From Desulfocapsa sulfexigens DSM 10523 (GTDB lineage: Bacteria; Desulfobacterota; Desulfobulbia; Desulfobulbales; Desulfocapsaceae), in the NCBI RefSeq assembly GCF_000341395.1, contig NC_020304.1, forward strand, positions 1,710,001 to 1,742,000: a DNA stretch of 32,000 nucleotides, written 5' to 3'. The notes under the pieces are model-generated. The model did not search any database and was not told the origin of the DNA. It saw nothing but the letters and a program-made list of their open reading frames with translations. Positions 17,260-26,348 of this stretch are shown piece by piece. The number at the start of each line of letters is the position of its first letter. The first letter of the stretch is position 1. The translations under genes were made by a program, and so were the position numbers.

Positions 17260-17620
17260 TATTGACTTTGGTAGCAGGAATTGGAGGTACATCCGGGGAA
17301 CATTTTGGCCTACAACGGTTGCCAGTGCAGCACCGGAAGAAAGACCAAAAATCATAACAGCAGTTGCGATAGCAACCTCAAAGTGGTTTGAAGCACCTAT
17401 CATAGCTGCTGGTGCAGCATCCTGATAGCTCAGCTTGAATATTTTCGCTGCACCTATATCCAAGAGCAAAAATAAGAATCGTCTGAATAAAAAGAGGAAT
17501 GGCAATTCAGACAATAGTCAACGGATTGGCGGTAATATTCTAAACTTCAGTGTACCAGGGAACATTGCTATAAATACACTGATGTGTAAATTGAAATAAT
17601 CCATGAAAATATCGTGGTGA
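17260..17620 (-). pseudogene. Degenerate C-terminal remnant of an ACR3-type arsenite efflux transporter
   Basis: Minus-strand pieces in different frames: '[23 protein letters not shown]', '[48 protein letters not shown]', and a possible '[12 protein letters not shown]'. Confidence 0.7.
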
Positions 17621-17811
17621 ATGATTAGTTGAAGCACTTGCACTGAATTATGTGGATTCCTTTCCAGATTCCTGATGTTCTGACTTGGATATAAATTCTT
17701 CCCAAATCAACTTGACTTTACATGCTCTCAGCATATTTTGTTTTTTGTAAAACAAGTAGTCTGTACTCCTATAACGAACTGGTGATAATAAAAACAGTGG
17801 AGGTAATAAAT

Positions 17812-19293
17812 ATGCGACGATCTATTTGTAAGTATTTTTCCAGTCAATATATAGCAGCACTCACTTTAATATCCGTTTTTTTGTTTGCAGGAGTGGCTCA
17901 AGCCGGCAACGATGAAGATGTTGCTTTTGTGGACCGTTTCGGAAAGGCTTTTGCCACGGTGGCGCGAGAAGTTGCGCCCGCTGTGGTTCATGTCCGGGTG
18001 GAAAAGGAGATCGAGAACAGGAATGGGGTCCATGGGCAAGACCCATTTGGTTTGTTCAATGATCCTTTTTTTGAGCATTTCTTTGGGCCGGGATTTCGTC
18101 AGCCACAGCCCAATGGCCAGGGGCAGACTCCCTATAAACAGAGAGGAGCTGGTTCCGGATTTATTATATCTGATGACGGATATATCCTGACAAATAATCA
18201 CGTGGTTGGTGATGCAGACACCATCACTGTAAGCCTTGATGACAAGAGAGAGTTTAAGGCAAAAGTGATTGGATCTGATGCTCAATCTGATGTGGCGCTC
18301 ATTAAGATTGAGGGCAAAAATCTTCCAACAGTATCGCTGGGTGACTCTGACCAGATTGAAGTTGGGGAGTGGGTTATTGCCATTGGCAGCCCTTTTGAAC
18401 TAAACCAGACCGTTACAGTGGGCGTGGTCAGTGCCAAGGGGCGTAACCGTATAGGCATCAACGATTATGAGAATTTTATCCAGACCGATGCGGCCATTAA
18501 TCCTGGAAACTCAGGCGGACCACTCCTGGATATACATGGTAGGGTAATCGGAATCAATACAGCCATTTTTTCAAGATCAGGCGGCTATATGGGGATTGGT
18601 TTTGCCATTCCCATCAATATGGTTAAGTCGATTCAGCAACAGTTGATGAGTGCTGGTAAGGTCACCCGCGGCTGGCTCGGGGTAGCTATTCAGGATGTTG
18701 ACAGGGATCTGGCTACTTCTTTTCAACTCGACAATGCAAAAGGTGTGCTCCTGACTGACGTCTCTGAAGGAACTCCGGCTGATAAAGCAGGGCTGAAGCA
18801 AGGTGATGTTCTGCTGTCCATGGATGGCGTGGAATTAGGTGGAGCCGCAGATTTGCGTAACAGAGTGGCCATGATTGAACCCGGCAGGAAAGTGAATTTT
18901 ATCCTTAGTCGTGACGGCAAAAGAAAAAATATTGTGGTAACCATTGGTGAGCAACCTGCCGATTTTGGACGTATTGCCAAGCAACGCACTACGGACGATG
19001 ATTCAAGTCTGAATTCTATGGGACTATCACTGCAAAACCTTAACAGAGAGCTGGCAGATAAGTTTGGTTATAAAACAGACCAAGGTGTCTTGGTGGCAGG
19101 TGTTACCCCCGGAAGCGTCGCGGAGGAAGCTGGTATTAAACCTGGGCATCTGATCGAAGAGTTGAATCGACAGCGGGTCCATAATTTGAAGGACCTCCAG
19201 AATGTCCTTAAAAACTCTGGAAATAGTCAGCAGGTTCTCTTGAGGGTTCGAGCCGGTGAATATAGTCGATACCTGGTACTTCGACTGAAATAA
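17812..19293 (+). CDS. degP: Do-family periplasmic serine protease (HtrA/DegP-like) with two PDZ domains
   Basis: Catalytic contexts 'TNNHVV', 'SDVALIKI', 'NPGNSGGPL'; signal peptide; GGAGG before the ATG at 17812. Confidence 0.94.
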   Translation: MRRSICKYFSSQYIAALTLISVFLFAGVAQAGNDEDVAFVDRFGKAFATVAREVAPAVVHVRVEKEIENRNGVHGQDPFGLFNDPFFEHFFGPGFRQPQPNGQGQTPYKQRGAGSGFIISDDGYILTNNHVVGDADTITVSLDDKREFKAKVIGSDAQSDVALIKIEGKNLPTVSLGDSDQIEVGEWVIAIGSPFELNQTVTVGVVSAKGRNRIGINDYENFIQTDAAINPGNSGGPLLDIHGRVIGINTAIFSRSGGYMGIGFAIPINMVKSIQQQLMSAGKVTRGWLGVAIQDVDRDLATSFQLDNAKGVLLTDVSEGTPADKAGLKQGDVLLSMDGVELGGAADLRNRVAMIEPGRKVNFILSRDGKRKNIVVTIGEQPADFGRIAKQRTTDDDSSLNSMGLSLQNLNRELADKFGYKTDQGVLVAGVTPGSVAEEAGIKPGHLIEELNRQRVHNLKDLQNVLKNSGNSQQVLLRVRAGEYSRYLVLRLK

Positions 19294-19383
19294 GTTCGAA
19301 TGTGCAGAACACTGTCCAGAGGTGTCCTGTAGGGGAGGGGGTGTTATCGTTATCAAAACGAGCACAGTAAGAGAACTAAAATG

Positions 19384-19421
19384 AAACATCCCTGCACAGT
19401 GATTGATGTGCAGGGATGTTT
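19384..19421. terminator. Bidirectional intrinsic terminator between convergent genes
   Basis: AAACATCCCTGCACA-gtgattga-TGTGCAGGGATGTTT: 15-bp perfect stem, 8-nt loop. A short T-rich tail follows on the + side. Confidence 0.8.
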
Positions 19422-19478
19422 TATTCCTCAAATCATGGAAGGTTAGCTGATTGTGCCCTTGTATTTCGAGTCTTGATT

Positions 19479-19895
19479 CTATTTCGATGAAGCGTTTAGC
19501 CAGGCTTCATCCAGACGAGTCTCGATATATGTGACCAGTGCATCATCCTGTTCTTCGAGATCGAAACAGACTGCATCCTCCCCCAGCAGGCCTCCAGGGA
19601 CAAAATCACCTCTTTCTTCAGGATCTGTTATCATATTTCCGTAAAAACAGATTGAAAGCCATCGAGTGGCATCTTCGATAACATCAACCATCACAAAAAG
19701 GTCTTTGTCTTTCTGAGCTTTGTGAACGCCTCTAAGAGAATATGTTAGTCCCGGGCGTGCTATGAAATCAAGGAGAACTCCTTCCTTGTGGTTCAGATAG
19801 TCTTTGAAGTGGACAAAAATTTTCTTGTTTGTTGCAGATGTGTCCTGCCATTCTTCAATAAAGGCGTTTAAGGCCTGCTCTGTTTCACTTTTCAT
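19479..19895 (-). CDS. Hypothetical protein
   Basis: 138 aa, MKSETEQALNAFIEEWQDTSATNKKIFVHFKDYLNHKEG...; start refined to the ATG at 19895. Confidence 0.75.
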   Translation of the reverse strand: MKSETEQALNAFIEEWQDTSATNKKIFVHFKDYLNHKEGVLLDFIARPGLTYSLRGVHKAQKDKDLFVMVDVIEDATRWLSICFYGNMITDPEERGDFVPGGLLGEDAVCFDLEEQDDALVTYIETRLDEAWLNASSK

Positions 19896-20081
19896 GTTCG
19901 ACTCTTTTTTGTTTTCTGTAATTGTCCGGTGCAGAATATACCTGTTGACCTTAACTCGAATGGAATAGAAGGGCAAAAAAAACTTTACAGCATCTTTTAT
20001 TGTAAGAATTGATTTTTGGGCTAATATAGATACATTGTGGTTGTCAGGTGATTTTTTCAGAATCTTTTTAGTGGATAATGC

Positions 20082-21029
20082 ATGGGCTTTTACCGTCGAA
20101 TACTGTTATTTCCTCTTGCCTGCTTGGTTTTTTCCCTCACAGGGTGCGCGTCGGATTGCGTTAAGGGAAATTGTTCCAACGGTGAAGGGACACTTGTGTT
20201 CGATACAGGAGAACATCTCTCAGGGGCGTGGAAAAAAGGAAAGTTGCATGGCTACGGATCATTCACAAAGGCAAATGGTGATATGTATGCTGGAGACTGG
20301 GTTAATGGAGAAAGGCATGGCCAGGGTACTGCCACAAATGCCAGTGGTGATCGGTATGAAGGCCAATGGAAGAATGACAAGAAACATGGCAAGGGTACTC
20401 TAACATTTGCTCATGGAGATCGTTTTGAAGGGAATTGGGTGGCCGGGAAAAAACAGGGGCCTGGGCGGTTCCTTTATATCAACGGTGATGTCTACGAAAG
20501 CGAGTGGCGTGCAGATATTGATGTAGGTAAGGGCTGTTTTACCACAGCAAAGGGAGAGTGTTACATTACCACCTGTATAAGCGGTGACTGTCAAAATGGT
20601 CATGGTGTCTTTACCTGGACCAATGGCGAACGCTATACCGGTGAATGGAAGAATGGCCGGAAAGATGGCAATGGAACTCTGGTCTATGCCAATGGTGATC
20701 AATATACCGGTGAGTGGAAAAATGACAAGAAAGATGGTTACGGCAGCTTTCGTCAGCGAAACGGTACCAGCTATATAGGCACGTGGAAGAACGATAACTG
20801 GCATGGTCATGGGACCTACCAGAGTGTTGATGGTGGTCGATTTGTCGGGGAGTGGGAAGGCGGAAAAATGAGTGGCCATGGAACCTATATGATGGCGAAT
20901 GGAAACCAATATGTTGGAAGCTGGAAGAATGGGGCTAAGCATGGACGCGGAACATTTATATATCCCAGTGGCTTTAAGTATGTTGGTGAGTGGAAAAACA
21001 ATAAAATGGTCAGGGTATACCCACAATAA
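20082..21029 (+). CDS. MORN-repeat lipoprotein
   Basis: Lipobox 'LVFSLTGC' and roughly ten MORN units of the type 'GDRYEGQWKNDKKHGKGT'. Confidence 0.9.
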   Translation: MGFYRRILLFPLACLVFSLTGCASDCVKGNCSNGEGTLVFDTGEHLSGAWKKGKLHGYGSFTKANGDMYAGDWVNGERHGQGTATNASGDRYEGQWKNDKKHGKGTLTFAHGDRFEGNWVAGKKQGPGRFLYINGDVYESEWRADIDVGKGCFTTAKGECYITTCISGDCQNGHGVFTWTNGERYTGEWKNGRKDGNGTLVYANGDQYTGEWKNDKKDGYGSFRQRNGTSYIGTWKNDNWHGHGTYQSVDGGRFVGEWEGGKMSGHGTYMMANGNQYVGSWKNGAKHGRGTFIYPSGFKYVGEWKNNKMVRVYPQ

Positions 21030-21221
21030 GAGATGATTGGTCTTGAATTTCTCACCCAGTAAATGTAAATAGATCTGTTCCGAGTATAGTACGTTTTCTA
21101 AGCGTCTCTGTCCCAAGTGCATGGGAAGGGACGTTTCTAGTTTGTGGGGATTGCATTCCGCAATTCCTTCCGATGAGCACACGATTTTTTTCAATAAGAG
21201 CTTTGCAGCTAAGGGGTAAAT

Positions 21222-22838
21222 ATGATTACTGCAACCGATATCTCCCTTTCCTATGGGAAGAGGGTAATTTTTCAGGATGTGAATATTAAGTTCAGACCTG
21301 GTAACTGCTATGGCCTTATTGGCGCAAATGGTGCCGGAAAAACAACTTTTCTGAAGATTCTGGCTGGTGATTTTGATCCAGATCATGGCACCGTTTCAGT
21401 TGGCAGCCGGGAACGAATTGCAGTGCTGCGGCAGGACCAGTTTGCCTTCGACGAAGTGACGGTGATTGATACTGTAATTATGGGTCATAAACGGCTCTTT
21501 GATCTGCTTGCTGAGCGTGAAGTATTGTACGCCAAAGCTGATTTTACAGAGGAAGATGGGATTCGCAGCGGTGAACTTGAATCAGAGGTTGAAGAGTTGA
21601 ATGGTTATGAGGCAGAGTCTGAAGCAGCTGTCCTGCTGAGTGGTTTAGGTATTACAGAGGATCTTCTTCATAAAAAAATGAAGGAACTTGAGGGCGGTGA
21701 AAAGGTTCGGGTTTTACTTGCCCAGGCTCTTTTCGGTACACCGGATGTTCTTCTGCTCGATGAGCCGACAAATAATCTTGATATTGATTCCATCGTCTGG
21801 CTTGAGAATTTCCTCGATAGATTCCAAAATACTGTCATTATCGTCTCTCATGACAGGCATTTCCTCAATCAGGTATGTACCCATGTGGCCGATATCGATT
21901 TCGGGAAAATATCTGTTTATGTCGGCAACTATGATTTCTGGTACCAGGCGAGTCAACTAGTATTGCAGCAGAAGCAGAATGAGAACAAGAAGGCAGCGAC
22001 TAAGGCTCAAGAATTACAGGAATTTATTCGTCGTTTCTCGTCCAATGCTTCCAAGGCAAAACAGGCAACATCCAGGAAAAAACTGCTGGATAAGTTGACT
22101 CTTGAAGAGATGCCCACATCTTCAAGAAAATATCCCTTTATCTCTTTTAAGGCAGGCAGGCCCTGTGGTGATATTATCCTGGAGATAGAGGGCCTAACCA
22201 AGGCAGTGGATGGGGTGACTCTTTTTGAGGATTTTGATCTTGTCGTGAATAAGGGAGAAAAAATTGGTTTTGTCGGCAGTAACAGTCTTGCAAAGACCAC
22301 ACTCTTTCAGATTCTTACGGGAGAACTCGAGCCGGATAGCGGTAGCTTTCGATGGGGGGTCACCATGAGTCACTCCTATTTTGCCAAAGAAAACAGCTCC
22401 TATTTTAGCAAAGATGTCACTCTCGTTGAGTGGCTTGGTGAGTACACTCCTGTTACCGAGGGGGAAACATTTGCCAGAGGGTTTCTGGGAAAGATGCTTT
22501 TTTCCGGTGAAGAAGCTTTAAAGAAGACCAGTGTTCTTTCCGGAGGTGAAAAAGTACGCTGTCTGCTGGCGAAGATGATGCTTTCAGATGCAAATTGTCT
22601 TATCCTGGATGAACCTACCAACCATCTTGATCTGGAGTCAATAACCGCACTCAATAATGGACTCATTGCCTTTCCGGAAGTGATATTGTTTTCATCTCAC
22701 GATCATCAATTTGTTGATACCATATCCAACAGGATAATTGAACTGTTACCAGGTGGTGTAATTGATAGAATGATGCCTTTTCAGGATTATCTGGAGGATG
22801 AAGGTGTCGCTCAATTACGGGAACAATGGTCCAGATAG
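21222..22838 (+). CDS. ABC-F family ATPase, YbiT-like
   Basis: Two ABC domains. Site 1 'GANGAGKTT', site 2 'GSNSLAKTT'; signatures 'LEGGEKVRV' and 'LSGGEKVRC'; Walker B 'VLLLDEPTNNLD' and 'LILDEPTNHLD'. Confidence 0.9.
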   Translation: MITATDISLSYGKRVIFQDVNIKFRPGNCYGLIGANGAGKTTFLKILAGDFDPDHGTVSVGSRERIAVLRQDQFAFDEVTVIDTVIMGHKRLFDLLAEREVLYAKADFTEEDGIRSGELESEVEELNGYEAESEAAVLLSGLGITEDLLHKKMKELEGGEKVRVLLAQALFGTPDVLLLDEPTNNLDIDSIVWLENFLDRFQNTVIIVSHDRHFLNQVCTHVADIDFGKISVYVGNYDFWYQASQLVLQQKQNENKKAATKAQELQEFIRRFSSNASKAKQATSRKKLLDKLTLEEMPTSSRKYPFISFKAGRPCGDIILEIEGLTKAVDGVTLFEDFDLVVNKGEKIGFVGSNSLAKTTLFQILTGELEPDSGSFRWGVTMSHSYFAKENSSYFSKDVTLVEWLGEYTPVTEGETFARGFLGKMLFSGEEALKKTSVLSGGEKVRCLLAKMMLSDANCLILDEPTNHLDLESITALNNGLIAFPEVILFSSHDHQFVDTISNRIIELLPGGVIDRMMPFQDYLEDEGVAQLREQWSR

Positions 22839-23076
22839 CGATTTGCCGGCCGCATACCATATCAGGGCCGCAATTTGTAGCATCTTGATTCCTTATTGAC
22901 AAAGGTAAGAGTGTCGCGCTATTGTTTTTTTTAGTAGCTTCTGGATTTTTCGGAGAAACACTGTCGCTTTTCACTTTTCTCCAGGTACTTGCATCCCAGC
23001 AGGGGTATTGAACAGAGTACCGACTTATTTACCGTTTACCAGTATAAGGGAGTACCTTTATATTCTTTTCGATATT

Positions 23077-25326
23077 ATGGCTACTCCTCAGAGTGAAAAA
23101 GATAAAAAAAACACGAGTGGGCCGACCTGTAAGATCTGGCTCAGTCTGTTTCTGAGCCTATTTGTACTGTTCGCAAGTGTTTTTTTGGCACTTAAGGCGC
23201 AGAGCTTTTATTTTAACACCATCCAGAAGCAACAGACAGAGCAGCTTGCAAATGCGATAGAAAGGTTGCTCAGTACGCAATACACTCTTCCTTGCCGGCA
23301 ACTGAGCAAGCAGCCGACGGTTATCGAAAACGCATCCCACCAGAGTCTTCCCGATAATCGCCATATCCTGGAACTTCTCCAGACAACTAAAGATATTCTC
23401 TCAGTATCGATTGTCTACGTTATGGATAATGAAGGTACCGTTACGGCTTCCAGTAAAACCTCCTCCGGAAAAGGTCTTACCGGAGAAAACTATAAATTTC
23501 GTCCCTATTTCTCCGATGCCATTAAGGGGCGCGAATCCCGTTATGCCGCCGTCGGTGTTACGACCAACGAGAGAGGACTCTATTTCAGTGCTCCCATTTT
23601 TGGTACTGCTGGTGCACCCGTTGGCGTGGTTGTAATTAAGTCTGGAATTCAACAGATCCAGGTTGAACTGAGCGAGTCTTCTTTCCAACATGCTGCACTT
23701 ATTTCTGATAGTGGTATTGTTTTTGTGGTTTCTGAAACAGATAAAGACTGGCTTTATCATGCAAGCTTGCCGCTTTCTCCCGCGCAGAAAGCCACATTGG
23801 TCAAAAGCAGGCAGTTTGCAGATAATCCGCTGACAGATCTCCCCATTTCCTTTGATGAAAACACCACCAGCATAGACAGTGTTCCATACACTATTCATAC
23901 AACTCCTGTAGCACTGAACGGCTGGAAGCTCGTAAGCCTTGAAAAACAGCAAAAAAAATTCCCGGTTATTCTGCTTATTCTAATACCTGGTTCTCTGCTC
24001 AGCTACCTGTTTATCAGTAAGATACGAGCAAATAACAATGAGAAATTGCTTAAGGAGGAAATGGAAGAAGAAATCCTGCAGCGAAGATCTGTGCAGGAGC
24101 AATTACTGATTGCCAAGGAAGCTGCGGAGGCTGCAAATATCGCCAAGAGTGACTTCCTGGCAAACATAAGCCATGAAATTCGTACTCCTATGAATGGTAT
24201 TATGGGGATGACCACTCAGGTACTCAACAGTATTCTGACGGAGGAACAGCGCAAACAACTTGAAATAGTAGATTCTTCTGCTCAACGTCTGCTCGGTCTC
24301 ATTAATAGTATTCTCGATTTCTCAAAGATTGAAGCAGGGAAGATGGAGATTGAAGAAGTCCCTTTTGTGCTAGACGAAAAGCTTGATGAAGTATTTTCCA
24401 TGATGGCGGTGAAGGCGGAAAAACAGAAAGTTATCCTTTCATTGGAGTCCAGAGATAGTATACCGCCAGTTCTTATAGGTGATCCGGATCGGTTACTTCA
24501 GATTTTCATTAATCTGGTGAACAATGCTTTGAAATTTACAGAACAGGGTTCTGTGAAAATCCTTGTTCAATGCAATAAGTCTGATTCTGACAGCGTTCTT
24601 TTACAGTTTGGTGTTCAGGATACGGGAATTGGTATCCCACTTGAAAAACAAGGAGTCATTTTTGATTCCTTTGCCCAGGCTGATAGCTCCACTACCAGAA
24701 AATATGGTGGGACAGGGTTGGGGCTAAGTATTTCTTCTCAGTTGGTAAAGTTGCTGGGAGGGGAAATCTGGTTGGAAAGTGAAGAGGGTAAAGGGGCCAC
24801 CTTCTGGTTTACTGCTTATTTTAAATTACCAAATATAGGATCGGAAGCGCTGGTCTCTGCTCAGGATACTGTGGAAAAAAATGGTATCAGGTGGCGGAGC
24901 ATCCTCAGTAATCGCGAAATTCTTCTTGTTGAAGACGAACCTATCAATATGATCCTGGCCAAAGCCGTTCTTGAAAAGGAACATATTCATATAACGACAG
25001 CTCAAAATGGTTTGGAGGCCGTTGATCACTATATGAGTAGGGCTTTTGATTGTATATTAATGGATATTCAGATGCCGGAGATGGATGGGTACCAAACTAC
25101 TGCAGTAATACGCAGTCATGAGCAAGAGTATGGTGGTCATATCCCGATTATTGCCATGACCGCTCATGCCACGCAGGGAGATCGGCAAAAATGTCTTGCA
25201 GCTGGTATGGATGATTATGTCACAAAACCGCTCCACACTGAAGATATCTTTAACGCCATTGAGAAGCAGTTGCAGAATAGCCTCTCTATTGCTGCTGACG
25301 CGACAGATGGCGTCCGTAAAGCATAA
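23077..25326 (+). CDS. Hybrid sensor histidine kinase with periplasmic Cache-like domain and C-terminal receiver
   Basis: HisKA 'KSDFLANISHEIRTPMNGIMGM', HATPase 'GLGLSISSQLVKLLGG', receiver 'ILMDIQMPEMDGYQTT'. A TTG start at 23008 is possible. Confidence 0.93.
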   Translation: MATPQSEKDKKNTSGPTCKIWLSLFLSLFVLFASVFLALKAQSFYFNTIQKQQTEQLANAIERLLSTQYTLPCRQLSKQPTVIENASHQSLPDNRHILELLQTTKDILSVSIVYVMDNEGTVTASSKTSSGKGLTGENYKFRPYFSDAIKGRESRYAAVGVTTNERGLYFSAPIFGTAGAPVGVVVIKSGIQQIQVELSESSFQHAALISDSGIVFVVSETDKDWLYHASLPLSPAQKATLVKSRQFADNPLTDLPISFDENTTSIDSVPYTIHTTPVALNGWKLVSLEKQQKKFPVILLILIPGSLLSYLFISKIRANNNEKLLKEEMEEEILQRRSVQEQLLIAKEAAEAANIAKSDFLANISHEIRTPMNGIMGMTTQVLNSILTEEQRKQLEIVDSSAQRLLGLINSILDFSKIEAGKMEIEEVPFVLDEKLDEVFSMMAVKAEKQKVILSLESRDSIPPVLIGDPDRLLQIFINLVNNALKFTEQGSVKILVQCNKSDSDSVLLQFGVQDTGIGIPLEKQGVIFDSFAQADSSTTRKYGGTGLGLSISSQLVKLLGGEIWLESEEGKGATFWFTAYFKLPNIGSEALVSAQDTVEKNGIRWRSILSNREILLVEDEPINMILAKAVLEKEHIHITTAQNGLEAVDHYMSRAFDCILMDIQMPEMDGYQTTAVIRSHEQEYGGHIPIIAMTAHATQGDRQKCLAAGMDDYVTKPLHTEDIFNAIEKQLQNSLSIAADATDGVRKA

Positions 25327-25411
25327 TAGAATTCAGGTTCTTGGGGTGGTCCGATCCCAAATATATCAACCGGAATACTACTGACATTTGACTTCGTTGC
25401 TGCCATCCGAT

Positions 25412-25432
25412 ACAATAATTCAGTATTATTGT
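25412..25432. promoter_or_regulatory. AT-rich inverted repeat upstream of the PhnD-like gene
   Basis: ACAATAAT-tcagt-ATTATTGT, 8-bp perfect. Confidence 0.35.
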
Positions 25433-25480
25433 TCATTCCTGTTTCTCTTACTCCTTCGTTGATGAGGATGGTATTCTTCC

Positions 25481-26338
25481 ATGAAGATCTATTTAAAGAC
25501 ACTCACAGGCGTTGTCGCTGTCATGCTCTTTTTGTTGACACTCTCACCAGGAATGGCGCAACCCCCGCTGAAATTTTGCGTTTATCCCAGCAAGTCCCCT
25601 AAAGCGATTATTACCGTCTTCGAACCATTGGCAAAATTCCTCAGTGAAGCGACAGGACATCCTGTCAAGCTTGTCACTGCTCCAGACCAGGTCATTTTTC
25701 AAAAAAGGGCGTTGGAAGGTGAGTATGACCTGCTTCTTGCCTGCGTTGCCTGCTACTTCGAACTCCATGAAAAGAAAGGCTATTCTGCCATCGCCAGAGG
25801 AGAACCTTCCTTTACTGGAGGGATGTTCGTGAGGGAAGACAGTCCCATAACCAGGGTAGAAGATCTTCTGCACGGAAAACGGATAGGTGCTGTTAAACAA
25901 CATTCCTATGCAGGGTTTCTTTTCTGGCAGGAATATCTTGTGGAAAACAACCTCCAGACTAATCCAGCAGATCCATACGTTTTTCTCGGAACCCAGGATT
26001 CTATTGCCTATGGCATACTCAACCATAAAATTGATGCCGGCCTGTTCAGAACCAACTTTCTGGAAAGTCCCAAAATGAAATCCTTAAAAAACAAGTTCCG
26101 GCTTATTCTCAGATCGCCTGATATTCCCCACTTTCCTTTTGTTGTCTCTCCCAATCTTTCCAAGGAGCACGTCCGGCAGATCACAGAGAGCCTCACTTCC
26201 ATTACCGCAAATACTCCCCTGGGAAAAGCACTCTTTAAATCCATGGAAATTCAATCCATAGAGGCCATTTCCGACAGCGATTATGACACCTTTAAAGAAT
26301 CCTACAACAAGGCGGTGCAGGCCTGGAAAAAACGCTAA
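25481..26338 (+). CDS. PhnD-like periplasmic substrate-binding protein (phosphate/phosphite/phosphonate-binding family)
   Basis: Signal peptide; 'LKFCVYPSKSPKAIITVFEPLAKFLSEATGHPVKLVTAPDQ', 'GTQDSIAYGILNHKIDAGLFRTNF'. Confidence 0.82.
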   Translation: MKIYLKTLTGVVAVMLFLLTLSPGMAQPPLKFCVYPSKSPKAIITVFEPLAKFLSEATGHPVKLVTAPDQVIFQKRALEGEYDLLLACVACYFELHEKKGYSAIARGEPSFTGGMFVREDSPITRVEDLLHGKRIGAVKQHSYAGFLFWQEYLVENNLQTNPADPYVFLGTQDSIAYGILNHKIDAGLFRTNFLESPKMKSLKNKFRLILRSPDIPHFPFVVSPNLSKEHVRQITESLTSITANTPLGKALFKSMEIQSIEAISDSDYDTFKESYNKAVQAWKKR

Positions 26339-26348
26339 CGAGTAGCTA

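Noticed and set aside
20035-20403. 122-aa + strand ORF
   Set aside because: It overlaps the MORN lipoprotein in another frame and has no recognisable domain.
20400-21386. Long 328-aa minus-strand ORF
   Set aside because: It is antisense to the MORN-repeat gene. Its composition reflects the repeated codons of the other strand, and the + strand has a clear lipobox and repeats.
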